From the NCBI GenBank assembly GCA_030390025.1, contig CM059433.1, positions 28,894,001-28,958,000 on the forward strand: DNA of 64,000 bases. The letters are read 5' to 3'. Below, piece by piece: positions 37,471 to 49,912 of this stretch; positions within the stretch are counted from its first letter, which is position 1, and each line of letters begins with the position of its first letter. The position numbers were made by a program, and so were the translations under genes. The stretch comes from Squalus acanthias (taxonomy: Eukaryota). The notes under the pieces are model-generated. The model made no database searches. It had not been told where the DNA came from and saw nothing but the letters and a program-made list of their open reading frames with translations.

Positions 37471-38774
37471 TAGGGCTGCCAACCCTGGTTGGACGTATTC
37501 CTGCTGATTTCATCACATGACCTCCTGCCTCCAACTGTCCCGCCCCCACACTCTCCGCCATCGGTCGCCCCGCATGTCCATCCTCACAGGGCACTGCCTT
37601 TCTGCACGAGGTGGAATGTGAACAGACTTCCCTACTCGATTGGCTGATGCTTGACTGTCAGTCCACCAGTCTTTTTTACCCCAATATTTTTTATAACTAA
37701 TAAACTCAAGTATTCAAAGAAAATATAAAAAAGAAACACTATGGGGGAAAAATTCAGTTGGTTGCTTCTCCCGTTAGCGCCTTAAGAGGGCGCTAATGGG
37801 GCGCAAAGCAACTAGCGCCCAGGCGCGGCGATGTTTGCGCCGCTCGCGAAATTAACTAGACATTTTGCGGCGGCGCTAAACACTACCGCCACGATCTCCT
37901 GCGCTGGCAGATCGTGACGTCAGTCGAGTGCGCAACGTCCCGGTATCGTCCCGGAGCACATATTGAGTGGCGCCCCCTTGCCTTATCGCCTGACGCTAGC
38001 AACGACAGGTTGAGGGGAGCGTTTTGCAGTCATGAAGGGACTGGGGGAGCGCTATTTAAAGGCGACCGCTTCCTGCCTTTTATTGTTGGTGCCATTTTTG
38101 AACCACGCATTCTGAGAGAGAGAGAGAGAGAGACTTCTGGAGAGATTCAACGCTGTGTGAAGGAGTTTTGGGTACTGAGCAGCACTTTGCAGGTTCATTT
38201 TGATTTGCCATTCCTTGTATCGATTTAGAAGAGACTGTGGGGGCTGCACTCTAAGCTCTTTCCCTGGTACTCTCCATTGTTCTTTCCAGCAGATTTGATG
38301 TGCAGGTCTCTCCAGGCCGGGATTCAAGGCTGTAATGAGCAGGATGTGGATGGAAAGCATGATCAACCATCCCCTTTAAGAACTGGCCGGTGCCATTGTG
38401 TGTGTGTTCCATTGCTGACTGACATCACATGAGCTTCGCCAGCGCTCTGAGGTAGTGCCTCGCTCCTTGGCCTTTGCGCCTTAAGACAGGTGTGAAGCGC
38501 CTGATTTAGCGCTCCAATCACCTCCAGGGGCGATAAAAGTCAAGTTTGCAGTCGGTGGCGATAATTAGCGCCAGGCGCTAATCTTTGCGCCCGGCCGATA
38601 ATTGCGCCCCAAATGGGGCGATACTGAATTTCTCCCCCATTCTCTTTAAAGCCCTGTTAATTTTTCTCCTGGGTTGCTTACTGCAGTGACCTGGAGATGT
38701 ATCTTTCATTCCTGGAGAGATGTATCTTTCATTCCTGGAGACTCCAGGAAAATCCTGGAGGGTTGGCAACCCTA
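37471..38774. mobile_element. hAT-type non-autonomous element split by a MITE
   Basis: TIR TAGGGCTGCCAACCCT / AGGGTTGGCAACCCTA; TSD GCGCATCA/ACACATCA; uninterrupted relative at about 50895-51265. Confidence 0.75.
37743..38638 (-). mobile_element. GC-rich MITE, inverted copy of 26771-27644
   Basis: TIR GGGGGA(A/G)AAATTCAGT, AT on both sides. Confidence 0.8.
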
Positions 38775-39491
38775 ACACATCAGTGGACACGTTGAGGGAA
38801 TAGCCAGGAGTAGGTATGGATAAAGAGGCTGGCTCTCAAGCTGACACTAGCTTCTGGAGATCAACCATTCCCTGTGTAAGTCACAGTCGAGGTGGCAGAC
38901 AGCATGTAGGACCAAGCAGCCAACACAACACTAGCATGGTTGACTCAGATTCAAGGCCCTTGCTCTGCAAGCCACGGGGAGATGTAAGATCACCAGAATC
39001 ACCAACCGCTCAACAATGAAACCCTGCAGGCAGCCAGTACACTTACTCCCTCAAGAAGGGAATAACTTAGCAATAGTAGATTAGGTGTTAGACGTCACAC
39101 ACAATTCACCTGGACAACCGCCCAATTTTTTATTCCAATTGGTTCCTATAATGGAAAGCCAATCCGCAATGCCTGGGTGGCAAGTTGAAAATCTACCCCA
39201 GTAACTTCCAAACTTGTATGATGCATAATGAGAACATAAGAATTAGGAGCAGGATTAGGCCATACCGCCCCTCGCGCCTGCTCCGCCATTCAATAAGATC
39301 ATGGCTGATCTTCTACCTCAACTCCACTTTCCCGCCCTATCCCCATATCCCTTGATTCCCTTAATATCCAAAAATCTAGCGATCTCGGTCTTGAATATAC
39401 TCATGATGTGGAGATGCCGGCGTTGGACTGGGGTGGACAAAAATGAGAAGTCGCACAACACCAGGTTATAGTCCAACAGATTTATTTAATT

Positions 39492-39530
39492 TTACAAGCT
39501 TTCGAAGCAGTTTGCTCCTTCGTCAGGTAA
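39492..39530 (-). ncRNA. Minimal hammerhead ribozyme motif
   Basis: Minus strand TTAC-CTGACGA-A-GGAGC-AAACT-GCTTC-GAAA-GCTT-GTAA. Confidence 0.75.
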
Positions 39531-39539
39531 CTTACTAAC

Positions 39540-39578
39540 TTACCTGACGAAGGAGCGAACTGCTTCGAAAGCTTGTAA
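39540..39578 (+). ncRNA. Minimal hammerhead ribozyme motif
   Basis: TTAC-CTGACGA-A-GGAGC-GAACT-GCTTC-GAAA-GCTT-GTAA. Confidence 0.75.
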
Positions 39579-40107
39579 AATTAAATAAATCTGTTGGACT
39601 ATAACCTGGTGTTGTGCGACTTCTCATTTTTGAATATACTCAACAACTGAGCATCCACAGCCCTCTGGAGTAGAGCATTCCAAAGATTCACAACCCTTGG
39701 AGTGAAGAAATTTCTCCTCATCTCAGTCCTAAATGGCCAACCCCTTATCTTGAGACTATCACCCCCTAGTTCTAGACTCTCCAGGTGGGGAAACAGCCTC
39801 TCAGCATCTACCCTGTCAAGCCCTCAATACTGGGAATTAGATACTAGCCCGTATTATCTCGTATTGGGTCAGTATAATAAATGTAATGTCAATGGCTATC
39901 AAAGCATGTGATGGGAGTATGGAGTTCTGCCGTCTGTCACTATCCGCCTTAATAATATTTCTAGAAATATTGTTTTTTTAAAATAGGCATATATCTGTAT
40001 ATTATATAGAACAACACAATCTGGAGTCGGCTGTATTAATCATATGACAGGAAATTGGAATGGTAAATTGCTTGAGTTTCACTCTCGCAGTTTATAACAC
40101 CATCTTA

Positions 40108-40452
40108 GAAAAGAAAGAACTTGCATTTATATAGTGCCTTTCATGACCTCAGGACATCCCAAACGTTTCCAACAACCAATTAAGAACTTTAAGTGTAGTC
40201 ATTGTTATAATGTAGGGAAATGCGACAGCCAATTTGAGCACAGCAAGGTCTCACAAACAGCAACAGGATGAATGAAAGGGTAATCTGTTTTTGGCGTTGT
40301 TGGTTGAGGAATAAATGTTGGCCAGGACTCCCTCAGTTCTGCACTGGAACGTCAGCCTAAATTATATTCTCAGGGCTCTGGAGTGGGGCTCGAACCAACA
40401 ACCTTCTGACGCAGAGGCAAGAGAGTTACTACTGAGCCAAGGCTGACACTTC
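40108..40452 (-). mobile_element. Deu-SINE with internal deletion
   Basis: Head and tail match 3236-3715. Confidence 0.7.
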
Positions 40453-41479
40453 ACCTTAGATATGTAATGTGCAGTATAGAGCAAGGGAATTAAATAGAAA
40501 TTCGATGGGGCTGGGTGCCGAAGGGTCCAATATGGCGGGTAGCGCACTCATCCTGCATAGGCGTCCAATGCCCGCGCCTGAAATAAGCGTTGGGTCCTTT
40601 GCGTATGCAATGGGGGCATAACGCCTGTTTGAGGCCCCCTTTGCAAAATATGTTTGCGCCTTGCGTGCTGCGGTCAGTATTCTCAGCAGTTAAACCTTAA
40701 AGGACAGCCTGAGGCTGCCCCCAGAAAGGTTAAGTTTAATATTTTTTTAACTTACCTTCTGAGGCCGCGACTGGCACCCGCAGCTCGCCAATAATAACCA
40801 AATGAAGTCGGCGAACTCATTTCCTGTGGTCACGTCACCGGCCTCATCAGGCACGTGCAGTGTGCGCAGAACCGGGATCACGAGCCAATTCGAGCGCGAT
40901 GCGATATCTAGGCCAGAATGTACTGCGCAAAGGTCCCAGTAAAAGAAAAACTTGATAGATTGCCACCAATATGTGCAGGTAAATCTCTCATTCTACTATC
41001 ACGGTGAATGATTGAAAATGGACGTTAATTCATTGAATCTCATCTAATTAACTGAGCAAGTTCCGTCGGGATTAAAAAATTGTTTGTTTAGCTGTTCAGA
41101 TGGTTAAGTGCCATCTGAAAAAACCTCCTGCGCCTGTTACAAGTCTTGTCTGTTTTTTGACAAGCCCATAGTACTTTAACACTAACAGGAGTTGATTATC
41201 TACTCAAGTACGGAGCCAGGTGGCACATGTACAAGTGTAGCACTGATAAACTCTGCCTGTAATATTATCTCTTCACTCAGTGTAAAGATGAAGAGCTCGC
41301 TGCTTGGTGAGTGTTACATGCTCTTTCAACTGAGCTAAATTAACTCTTCATTTGTCAACAACTGTTGTTTGAACTTTAGCCAATCCTAAAATCAAATAAA
41401 ATGCATAGTTGACGTGCTGTCCTACAAATCCTTCCCCTGTGTTCACTATACTCCAAAATCATTAACAGTAATTCTGTGA

Positions 41480-42120
41480 TACGAACAATGACGGACAGAA
41501 AAAGACCCTCTGGTCCATCCAACTTGTCCCACACAAATGTGATGTCTTGTGCATTACAATACAGCCACTCCCAACCAATGTTCCCTCTAATTTTTTCGCC
41601 CTGCGCTGGCCCTTTTCAATTTGCTGCCAGCGGCTACGCATGTGTGGTATCCCTTCCAGCGGCAGTAGCTGTTGAGCGGCCTACGCGGGACCTCGCGGAC
41701 GCGCACCTTACGGGGAACATAGCTCCCAACCCCATGTAATCACCTGGAAGAGGCAAAAAGATAGATTAAAAATCCAGGCCAATTAGGGAAAAAACTGTGG
41801 GAAATTCCTCTCTGACCCCCTTAGGCGATTAAAGCTAGTCCAGGAGATCACTCTGGCCCTGATAATTCCTTGCAGTACCTACCTTTTGTAAGGGGTGATC
41901 TCCGCCCCAGTGAGAAACAGGTCCAGCTCTCGCTTGAAGGAATTCAGCGAGTCCGCATCCACCACGCGAGTCGGCTGCCTGTTCCATGGGTCCACTTCCT
42001 GACATCTAACCTAGATCTGGCCTTATCCAACTTAAGATTATGACCCCTGGTCCTCCCTAACCTATTTAGTTGAAACAAACCGTCTACATGAACACAATTT
42101 AATTCCTTCATCATCTTATA
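41480..42120 (-). mobile_element. CR1-like 3' fragment (different subfamily) containing a hAT MITE
   Basis: RTRGHNLKL...ARSRLDVRK-type C-terminus on the minus strand. Confidence 0.6.
41576..41722. mobile_element. hAT-type MITE, 147 bp, 8-bp TSD
   Basis: TIR CAATGTTCCCTCTAA / TTACGGGGAACATAG; TSD CTCCCAAC at 41568-41575 and 41723-41730. Confidence 0.85.
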
Positions 42121-42284
42121 GTGATGCAGTGCTCAAAGGGAGCGCATTTTGGGATATCACGAGCTACATCCTGCACTTTCCCAAGTTACGCTTCCTGTGA
42201 GTGTCATTCCCTGCTGGGGCATTAGATTGAGGAATCACTCTAATATTAATGACTTAGACTTGGGTATACAGGGGATAATCTCAA

Positions 42285-44885
42285 GTGGTCCTGGGAGTAC
42301 TCAAGATTGACTCCGGACCCCATAAAGTCTTATGGCTTCAGGTCAAGCATGGGCAAGGAATTCTCCTGCTGATTACAACCTACCGCTCTCCCTCAGCTTA
42401 TGAATCAGTATTCCTCCATGTTGAACACCACTTGGAAGAAGCAGAGGGTAGCTGGGGCACAGAATGTACTCTGGGTGGGGGACTTCAATGTCCATCACAA
42501 AGAGTGGCTTGGTAGCACCACTACTGACCGAGCTGGCCGAGTCCTGAAGGACATAACTGCCAGTCTGGGCCTGCGGCAGGTGGTGAGATAACTAACACGA
42601 GGGAAAAACCTACTTGACCTCATCCTCACTAATCTACCTGCCGCAGATGCATCTGTCCATGGCAGTATTGGTAGCAGTGACCACCGCACAGTCCTTGTGG
42701 AGACGAAGTCCCGTCTTCACACTGAGGACACCCTCCATCGAGTTGTGTGGCACTACCACCGTGCTGCATTGGATCAATTCAGAACAGATCTAGCAGCTCA
42801 AAACTGGGCATCCATGAGCCGTTGTGGGCCATCAGCAGCAGCAGCAGAATTGTATTCCACCACAATCTATAACCTCATGGTCCGGCATATCCCTCACTCT
42901 ACCATTACCATCAAGCCAGGGGACCAACCCTGGCTCAATGAGGAGTGCAGAAGAGCATGCCAGGAGCAGCACCAGGCGTACCTAAAAATGAGGTGCCAAC
43001 CAGGGGAAACTACAACACAGGACTACATGAATGCTAAACAGCAGAAGCAGCATGCTATAGACAGAGCTAAGCGATCCCACAATCAACGGATCAGATCAAA
43101 GCTCTGCACTCTTGCCACATCCAGTCGTGAAAGGTGGTGGACAATTAAACAACTAACTGGAGGAGGAGGCTCCATGAAAATCCCCATCCTCAATGATGGC
43201 AGAGCACAGCACCTGAGTGAAAATGACAAGGCTGAAACGTTTGCAACCATCTTCAGCCAGAAGTGCTGAGTGGATGATCCATCTCGGCCTCCTCCTGAGG
43301 TCCCCACCATCACAGAAGCCAGTCTTCAGCCAATTCGATTCACTCCACGTGATATCAAGAAACGGCTGAGAGCAATGGATACAGCAAAGGCTATGGGTCC
43401 CGACAACATTCCGGCTGTCGCGCTGAAGACTTGTGCTCCAGAACTAGCCATGCCTCTAGCCAAGCTGTTCCAGTACAGCTACAACAATGGCATCTTCTCG
43501 ACAATGTAGAAAACTGCCCAGGTATGTCCTGTCCACAAAAACCAGGACAAATCCAATCTGGCCAATTACCACCCCATCAGTCTACTCTCAATCATCAGAA
43601 AAGTGATGGAAGATGTCGTCGACAGTGCTATCAAGCGGCACTTGCTCACCAATAACCTGCTCATCGATGCTCAGTTTGGGTTCTGCCAGGACCACTCGGC
43701 TCCAGACCTCATTAATTGGTCCAAACATGGACAAAAGAGCTAAATTCCAGAGGTGAGGTGAGAGTGACTGCCCTTGAAATCAAGGCGGCATTTGACAAAG
43801 TGTGACATCAAGGAGCCCTAATAAAATTTAAGTCAATGAGAATCAGAGGTTGTTGGAGGCCAATCATCTCAGCTCCAGGACATCGCTGTGAGAGTTCCTC
43901 AGGGCAGTGTCCTAGGCCCAACCACCTTCAGATGCTTCATCAATGACCTTCCCTCCATCATAAGGTCAGAAGTGGGAATGTTTGCTGATGATTGCGCAGT
44001 GTTCAGTTCCATTCACAACTCCTCAGATAATGAAGCAGTCCATGCCCATATGCAACAAGACCTGGACGACGTTCAGGCTTGGGCTGATAAGTGGCAAGTA
44101 ACATTCGCGCCACACAAGTGCCAGGCAATGACTATCTCCAACAAGCGAGAGTCTTACCACCGCCCCTTGACATTCAAAGGCATTACCATCGCCGAATCCC
44201 CCACCATCAACATCCTGGGGGTTACCATTGACCAGAAACTTAACTGTACCAGCCACATAAATACTGTGGCTATAAGAACAGGTCAGAGACTGGGTATTCT
44301 GCGGCAAGTATCTCACCTCCTGACTTACCAAAGCCTTTCCACCATCTACAAGGCACAAGTCAGGAGTGTGATGGAATACTCTCCACTTGCCTGGATGAGT
44401 GCAGCTCCAACAACACTCAAGAAGCTCGACACCATCCAGGACAAAACAGCCCGCTTGATTGGCACCCCATGCACCACCTTAAACATTCACTCCCTCCACC
44501 ACCGGTGCACCATGGCTGCAGTGTGTACCATCAACAGGATGCACTGCAGCAACTCGCCAAGGCTTCTTCAACAGCACCTCCCAAACCAGACCTCTGCCAC
44601 CTAGAAGGACAAGGGCAGCAGGCGCATGGGAACACCATCACCTCCAAGTTCCCCTCCAAGTCACACATCATCCTGACTTGTAAATATATCGCCGTTCCTT
44701 CATCATCGCTGGGTCAAAATCCTGGAACTCCCTCCCTAACAGCACTGTGGGGGTACCTTCACCACACGGACTGCAGCGGTTCAAGAAGGTGGCTCACCAC
44801 CACCTTCTCAAGGGCAACTAGGGTTGGGCAATAAATGCTGGCCTTGCCAGCACCGCCCACATCCCATGAACGAATAAAAAAAAAA
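42285..44885 (+). mobile_element. CR1-group APE-RT LINE (tRNA-headed family), 5'-truncated copy
   Basis: [39 protein letters not shown]-rich tail; colinear with 57415-59793. Confidence 0.9.
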
Positions 44886-45014
44886 GTAAACCAAGCAATC
44901 TCAAATATATAACTAATGTCCCTCGTGTATAGAATGGCACCCCAAATTACTTTGTAGGATTGTGGACAACAATGGACATCAACCATGAGCGGGAAAAGGG
45001 GGAAATAGAAACGT

Positions 45015-45863
45015 TGGACGCGATCTTGCCAGCCCTGTGGAGGCGGGTATGGAGGCGGGACTGCCGGGAAAATGGCAGAATCTAGGGGGCGGGTGCGCAA
45101 CCCGCCCCCAACCCACCTCCATGCCATCTTGCCAGGAAGTGGGTAGCTGACCCGCGCCGGGTCCTGTCTCCTTGGAGGCGGGAAGGGGATTAGTGCCACT
45201 TATCTGCCTGTTAACATGTAGTTAACAGGCATATAAGAGGATTATCCACATTTTACCCACACAAGTGCGGGCTTCCTGAAGGCTGTGAACCCAGCCAGGG
45301 TCATCGAGGCGAGCAATGGGTCTGCGGGGGTCAGAGGGGTGCAAAAGTGCGCTGTGAAGCTAAGTGATGGGTGCAAGTGTGGAGCGGTGAGTATGTGAGG
45401 TAAGTGGAAAATATTAGAAAAAGTTTACTTACCTTTGTTTCTTCCTGCAGGCTTCAAGAGTTGGGTATGCGGTGAGTCTCGCACCTCCGCAGCAGAGATG
45501 ACAGATGGCCGTTGCATTCTCCAATGCAACAACCATCTAATTTCTGCAAAGGAAAGAGGTTTGATGAGGTCTTGAATTCAAGAACTCATCAAACTACTGA
45601 GAATGTCAGTGTTTGACAGCTTCACAGAGCTGTCAAACGATGACAATTCATCTGTCAAAAATTTTTGACAGATGAAACGTCATACGTTGACGTTCTCTGT
45701 AACTGGCTTTCCCTTAATTGGCCTGCTAAACCCGCTGGGCGGGCTTAACAAGATCAATCAAGGGAAAATAGCGTGGGTTGGCCAGAAGTTGATGGAGGCG
45801 GGACTGAAATCCGACAAGTGGGAGTCCCGCCTCCAAAAGCTCCCCATTGGCAAAATCCAGCCT
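45015..45863. mobile_element. GC-rich MITE-like element
   Basis: Degenerate TIRs (GATCTTGCCA...GGAGGCGGG / CCCGCCTCC...TGGCAAAATCCAGCC); internal palindrome TCATCTGTCAAAAATTTTTGACAGATGA. Confidence 0.5.
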
Positions 45864-45869
45864 GTTGTA

Positions 45870-46200
45870 TCACATCCCAAGGCACTTCACAGGAGCGTTA
45901 TCAAACAAAATTTGACACTGAGCCACATAAGGAGATATTCGGACAGATGGTCAAAGAGTTGGTTTTAAGGCACATCCTAAAGGAGGAGAGAGAGGTGAAG
46001 AGGTTTAGGGAGGGAATTCCGGAGCTTAGGGCTTAGACAGCTGAAGACACGGCCACCAATGGTGGGACGAAGGGAGTGAGGCATGCACACGAAGCCAGAT
46101 TTGGAGGAGCGCAGAGATCTCGCAGGGTTTTAGGGCTGGAGTAAATTAGAGAGAGAGGGAGGAGCAAGGCCATGCAGGGATTTGAATACAAGGATGATTA
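45870..46200 (-). mobile_element. L2 3' fragment, host of the Tigger insertion
   Basis: Matches 49960-50300. Confidence 0.75.
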
Positions 46201-48313
46201 CAGGAATCCCTCCCCAACCGCGGGGGATACGTCCCTGAAAACCCCCTTGGTTAGTAAAACCGCGGTTGGCAAATACAAGACCCTCTGGGAAAAATGGGGT
46301 TAGGTGGAACGCAGCCGCATATAAACTCTTCAGAGCCTGTGTAAGTTGCTTGTTCTTTTATTAAACACAAATAAAATACACAATAACGTAACAAAAACAA
46401 TAAATGTTCAAATAACATAATAAAAAAGATCAACTGGGCGGTTTCTTAAAGAATTCTGCGATGGATGGTTGACTCATTTTTTTCTGAATATCTTTCTGGA
46501 CCTGCTTGTATGGTCCCATTAAATCCTCCAAACCTCGCTTGAATTTTAAACTACGCTTCAAGAATGGGTCAGTCTCCATAAAGAGTCCGAGAGATTAGTA
46601 GCAAGGAGCATTGCCTTGCTAAGGTTGCCACTTGTCATCTTCGACCTCTCCACCATATCCTCGTCTTCGTCCTCGTCCTCTGCCTCACTAGAATGCTGTA
46701 TCAGCTCATCAAGGTCCTCCTCCGTCAACTCCTCGCCGTGCAACTCAAGGAGCTCCTCGATGTCATCAGGCTCTGTCGGCCAGCCCCTCGCCTCCCAAAC
46801 GCTGCGCAACCTTCACAATGCGATCAACTTCATCGTCAACTGTAGGGAAGCCTTGGAAGTCATTCACTGCCTCCTTCCAAAGTTTACCCCAGCAGGCGTT
46901 GATTGTCGTCCTCTTCAGTTCATCCATCGATTTTTTTATGCTGGTGATGCAGTCAGCGATGGTGTAATCCTTCCAACAGGTTTTCACCGTCAGTGTTGCG
47001 TCATCCTCCATAGCCTCCATCATGCAGTCAAAGCTGCGTCGTATGTAGTATGCCTTGAAGGTGGCTATCACACCTTGGTCCATGGGTTGAAGGAGTGATT
47101 TTGTGTTGGGAGGTAGGAAGACGACTTCAATATTAGGGTGGGCGAATTGGAGTGCCGGCGGGTGGCCGGGGGCATTGTCGAGGATGAGTAGGACCTTGAA
47201 GGCCAGATTTTCTCTCGCAAGGTACCGCTCCACGTCATGCACAAAACCGTTATGAAATCAGTCCATGAAGACTGCAGCAGTAACCCATGCCTTGCGGTTA
47301 GAACGCCAAAAGACAGGTAGATAATTTTTATTTTTGCCCTTCAGAGCGCGGGGATTAAGAAAGCGATAGAGTAGCATCGGCTTCACTAAACAGTCTCCCT
47401 CGGCGTTAGCACAAAGGAGGAGGGTCACCCTATCCTTAGCCACCTTGAATCCCGAAGCATGCTTCTCAGCCTTCGCGATGAAAGTTCGGGAAGGCATCTG
47501 CTTCCAGATGAGACCAGTCTCATCCGCATTAAATACCTGCTCCGGCAGGTAACCCTTCTCGGCGATCAACTTCTTCAGCTCCTCCGGGAACTTGGCAGCG
47601 GCCTCGTGATCGGCTGAGGCCGATTCCCCCATAACCTTGATGTTAGTCAAGGCGAATCTCTTCTTAAAATTTTCCAACCAGCCCTTACTCGCTTGAAACT
47701 TTATGTCATCTACACTTTCCCCGGCAGCCACAGTAAGATGCTTGGAGATACTAAGGGCCTTCTTACGTACCCATGCGCAACTAACATTCACTTTTTTCTG
47801 GTTCTGGTCTTCCAATCAGATATTAAGTGCCTTCTCCATTTTTTCAAGCTTATGGTCCCGTGGCATAAACGACACTTTAGCACTTTTTGACGAGCCACTC
47901 GCAATACTAGTCCTTATCGACACCTCACTTTTTTTATGGTTCTAATGGTGGACTCGTTAACCCCCATTAGTCGTCCAACCGACGCTGTACTTTCACCACG
48001 GGCAAGCCTATTAATGACATCTAATTTCCTATCTAAGGTTAGTACATTCCTTGCCCTTTTCGCTATTGATTCACCTTTACCACTGAGATTACACTTAGGG
48101 GCCATGATTAAGGGCTAAACGTTCACACACACACAGTACAGGTACAGTATATCCACGAGTGGAGCGAGACCACGGTGTTATTATGCTGAAAAGAGCGGTA
48201 AACCGCGTATACGCAAAATTCACTGCCGCGGTTGGCAAAAATTGTCGCAGAGAGGAAACCGTGTATACGTGAAATCCGCGTATGGCAAACCTGCAGTTGG
48301 GGCGGGATTCCTG
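46201..48313 (-). mobile_element. Tigger/pogo DNA transposon, full length, disrupted transposase
   Basis: TA-CAGGAATCCC...GGGATTCCTG-TA; ORF pieces with CENP-B-type HTH, FNADETGL, LILDNAPGH, LQPMDQGVI (DD32D spacing); one in-frame stop at about 47258 and several frameshifts. Confidence 0.93.
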
Positions 48314-49289
48314 TATTTTAAATGTTTAAGTATTTAAATTCCCCTTTAGCTATAGAATTGTAAACTTTTCACAATCTGATGCAGTAACTAAGTCGGTTTT
48401 CCAACATAGCGTCCCTGGTAGGTTTGTTTCGATTTCACAGTAACTTAGGGCAGGGTCTGGGTATGCCAGATCCTGACCTTTCCTGGTGGGCCTGGTCAGG
48501 GGAGGAACCTCTGTCCACCCCAAATAAAGGAATAAGGGTATGGGTGGGCATAGCCACGAGGGTGGGGTCTCCCAGGCTGGGAGTTTCCTCGCTCCTCGCC
48601 AGGCAGGGTACACCAGTGGGCTGGCGTACCGAGTGGAATGAGATGCCCCAACCCCCAAGCAGTGGATGTGGGACCCAGGCCTTGGCTGCTTGGCTTGAAC
48701 CTCAGAAGATGAAAAAAAATTAAAATGTTCCTATTGGCCTCCTTATAAAAAGGACAATTGGTACAATGTCAACCTCTTTGTGGCTTGGGCTGTGGGGGAT
48801 GGGTGAGGAGGTGGGGTGTCTAGCCCCCAGGACCAGGCTCCCTAGACCGCAATTTCCAGCTTCTGCTGGTAGGCTCCACCCAAGGTGCACTCCCAGCAAC
48901 ATGGGAACCCACAGCCAGTATTTAAATTACATGACCTCCCCCTGACCCCGCAAACTTTGGTAGGGACACTGCCAGAGGTCGCTGGCAGGCAGGTCCTGAC
49001 ATTTAAGGCCGGGTTTCCGGCCGCCATATCCCATAATATTCAAATTATTTGGGAAAGTGCCTGTGCGTACTGCTTCATAAGACGTAACTACACACCTTAC
49101 TGGCCCCCAGATCAGGTTAAGAGTATAGATTCCTGTCACACTACTAAAGCGACATAACTTAGTTTACATTAAAGAAGGAACATGCATTGATATCTTATCA
49201 AATTTCTCAAATATCCTTAAGCACTTCACATACAAATAAATTATTTGAAGCGCAGTCACTATTGTTTCATAGGCAAATGGTGTTCCCAT

Positions 49290-49558
49290 GTGCAGCAGGC
49301 ACATGGGAACACCACCACCTCCAAGTTCCCCTCTAAGTCACACACCATCCTGACTTAGAAGTATATCGCCGATCCTTCATCGTCGCTGGGTCAAAATCCT
49401 GGAACTCCCTAACTAACAGCACTGTGGGAGTACCTTCACCACATGGACTGCAGCTGTTCAAGAAGGCGGCTCACCACCACCTATCAAGGGCAATTAGGAT
49501 GGGCAATAAATGCTGGCCTTGCCAGCGACGCCCACATCCCACAAACGAATAAAAAAAT
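49290..49558 (+). mobile_element. 3' fragment of the tRNA-headed LINE family
   Basis: Matches 44615-44880. Confidence 0.85.
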
Positions 49559-49912
49559 ATATAGTAGCCGTTTTTCACAAAGCAAGATACCAGAAACGGC
49601 AATAAGGTGAGTTACGAGTTGATCAGTTTTTGAGGATGCTAGTTGATGATGGAATGATGGGTGTTCTTCTGATAGTGTCGCGAGACAGTTTAGCATTCAC
49701 CTGAACCACTAGTAGAGGCAGGGGGAGCTTTACCTGAAGGACACCAGCCCCAATAATGCAGCACTCCTTCTGCACTGAGTGTCCGCCTATATTATGCACT
49801 CAAGTTGCGTGAACTTGCAACTTGCTGATTCAGAGGCAAAACTGAACCAAGTTTACTTAAATACTTTTCTCTGTCAATATTAATATTCCAGCAAGCGAAG
49901 ACCAATGAGATG

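Larger units (their letters stand above)
39404..39629. mobile_element. Penelope family A-related mini fold-back insertion with two hammerhead motifs
   Basis: About 91-bp inverted arms (39440-39530 / 39540-39630, one mismatch); TSD TTGAATATACTCA at 39391-39403 and 39630-39642. Confidence 0.88.
39228..39825 (-). mobile_element. CR1 3' fragment containing a Penelope mini-hairpin
   Basis: Matches 17320-17670. Confidence 0.8.
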
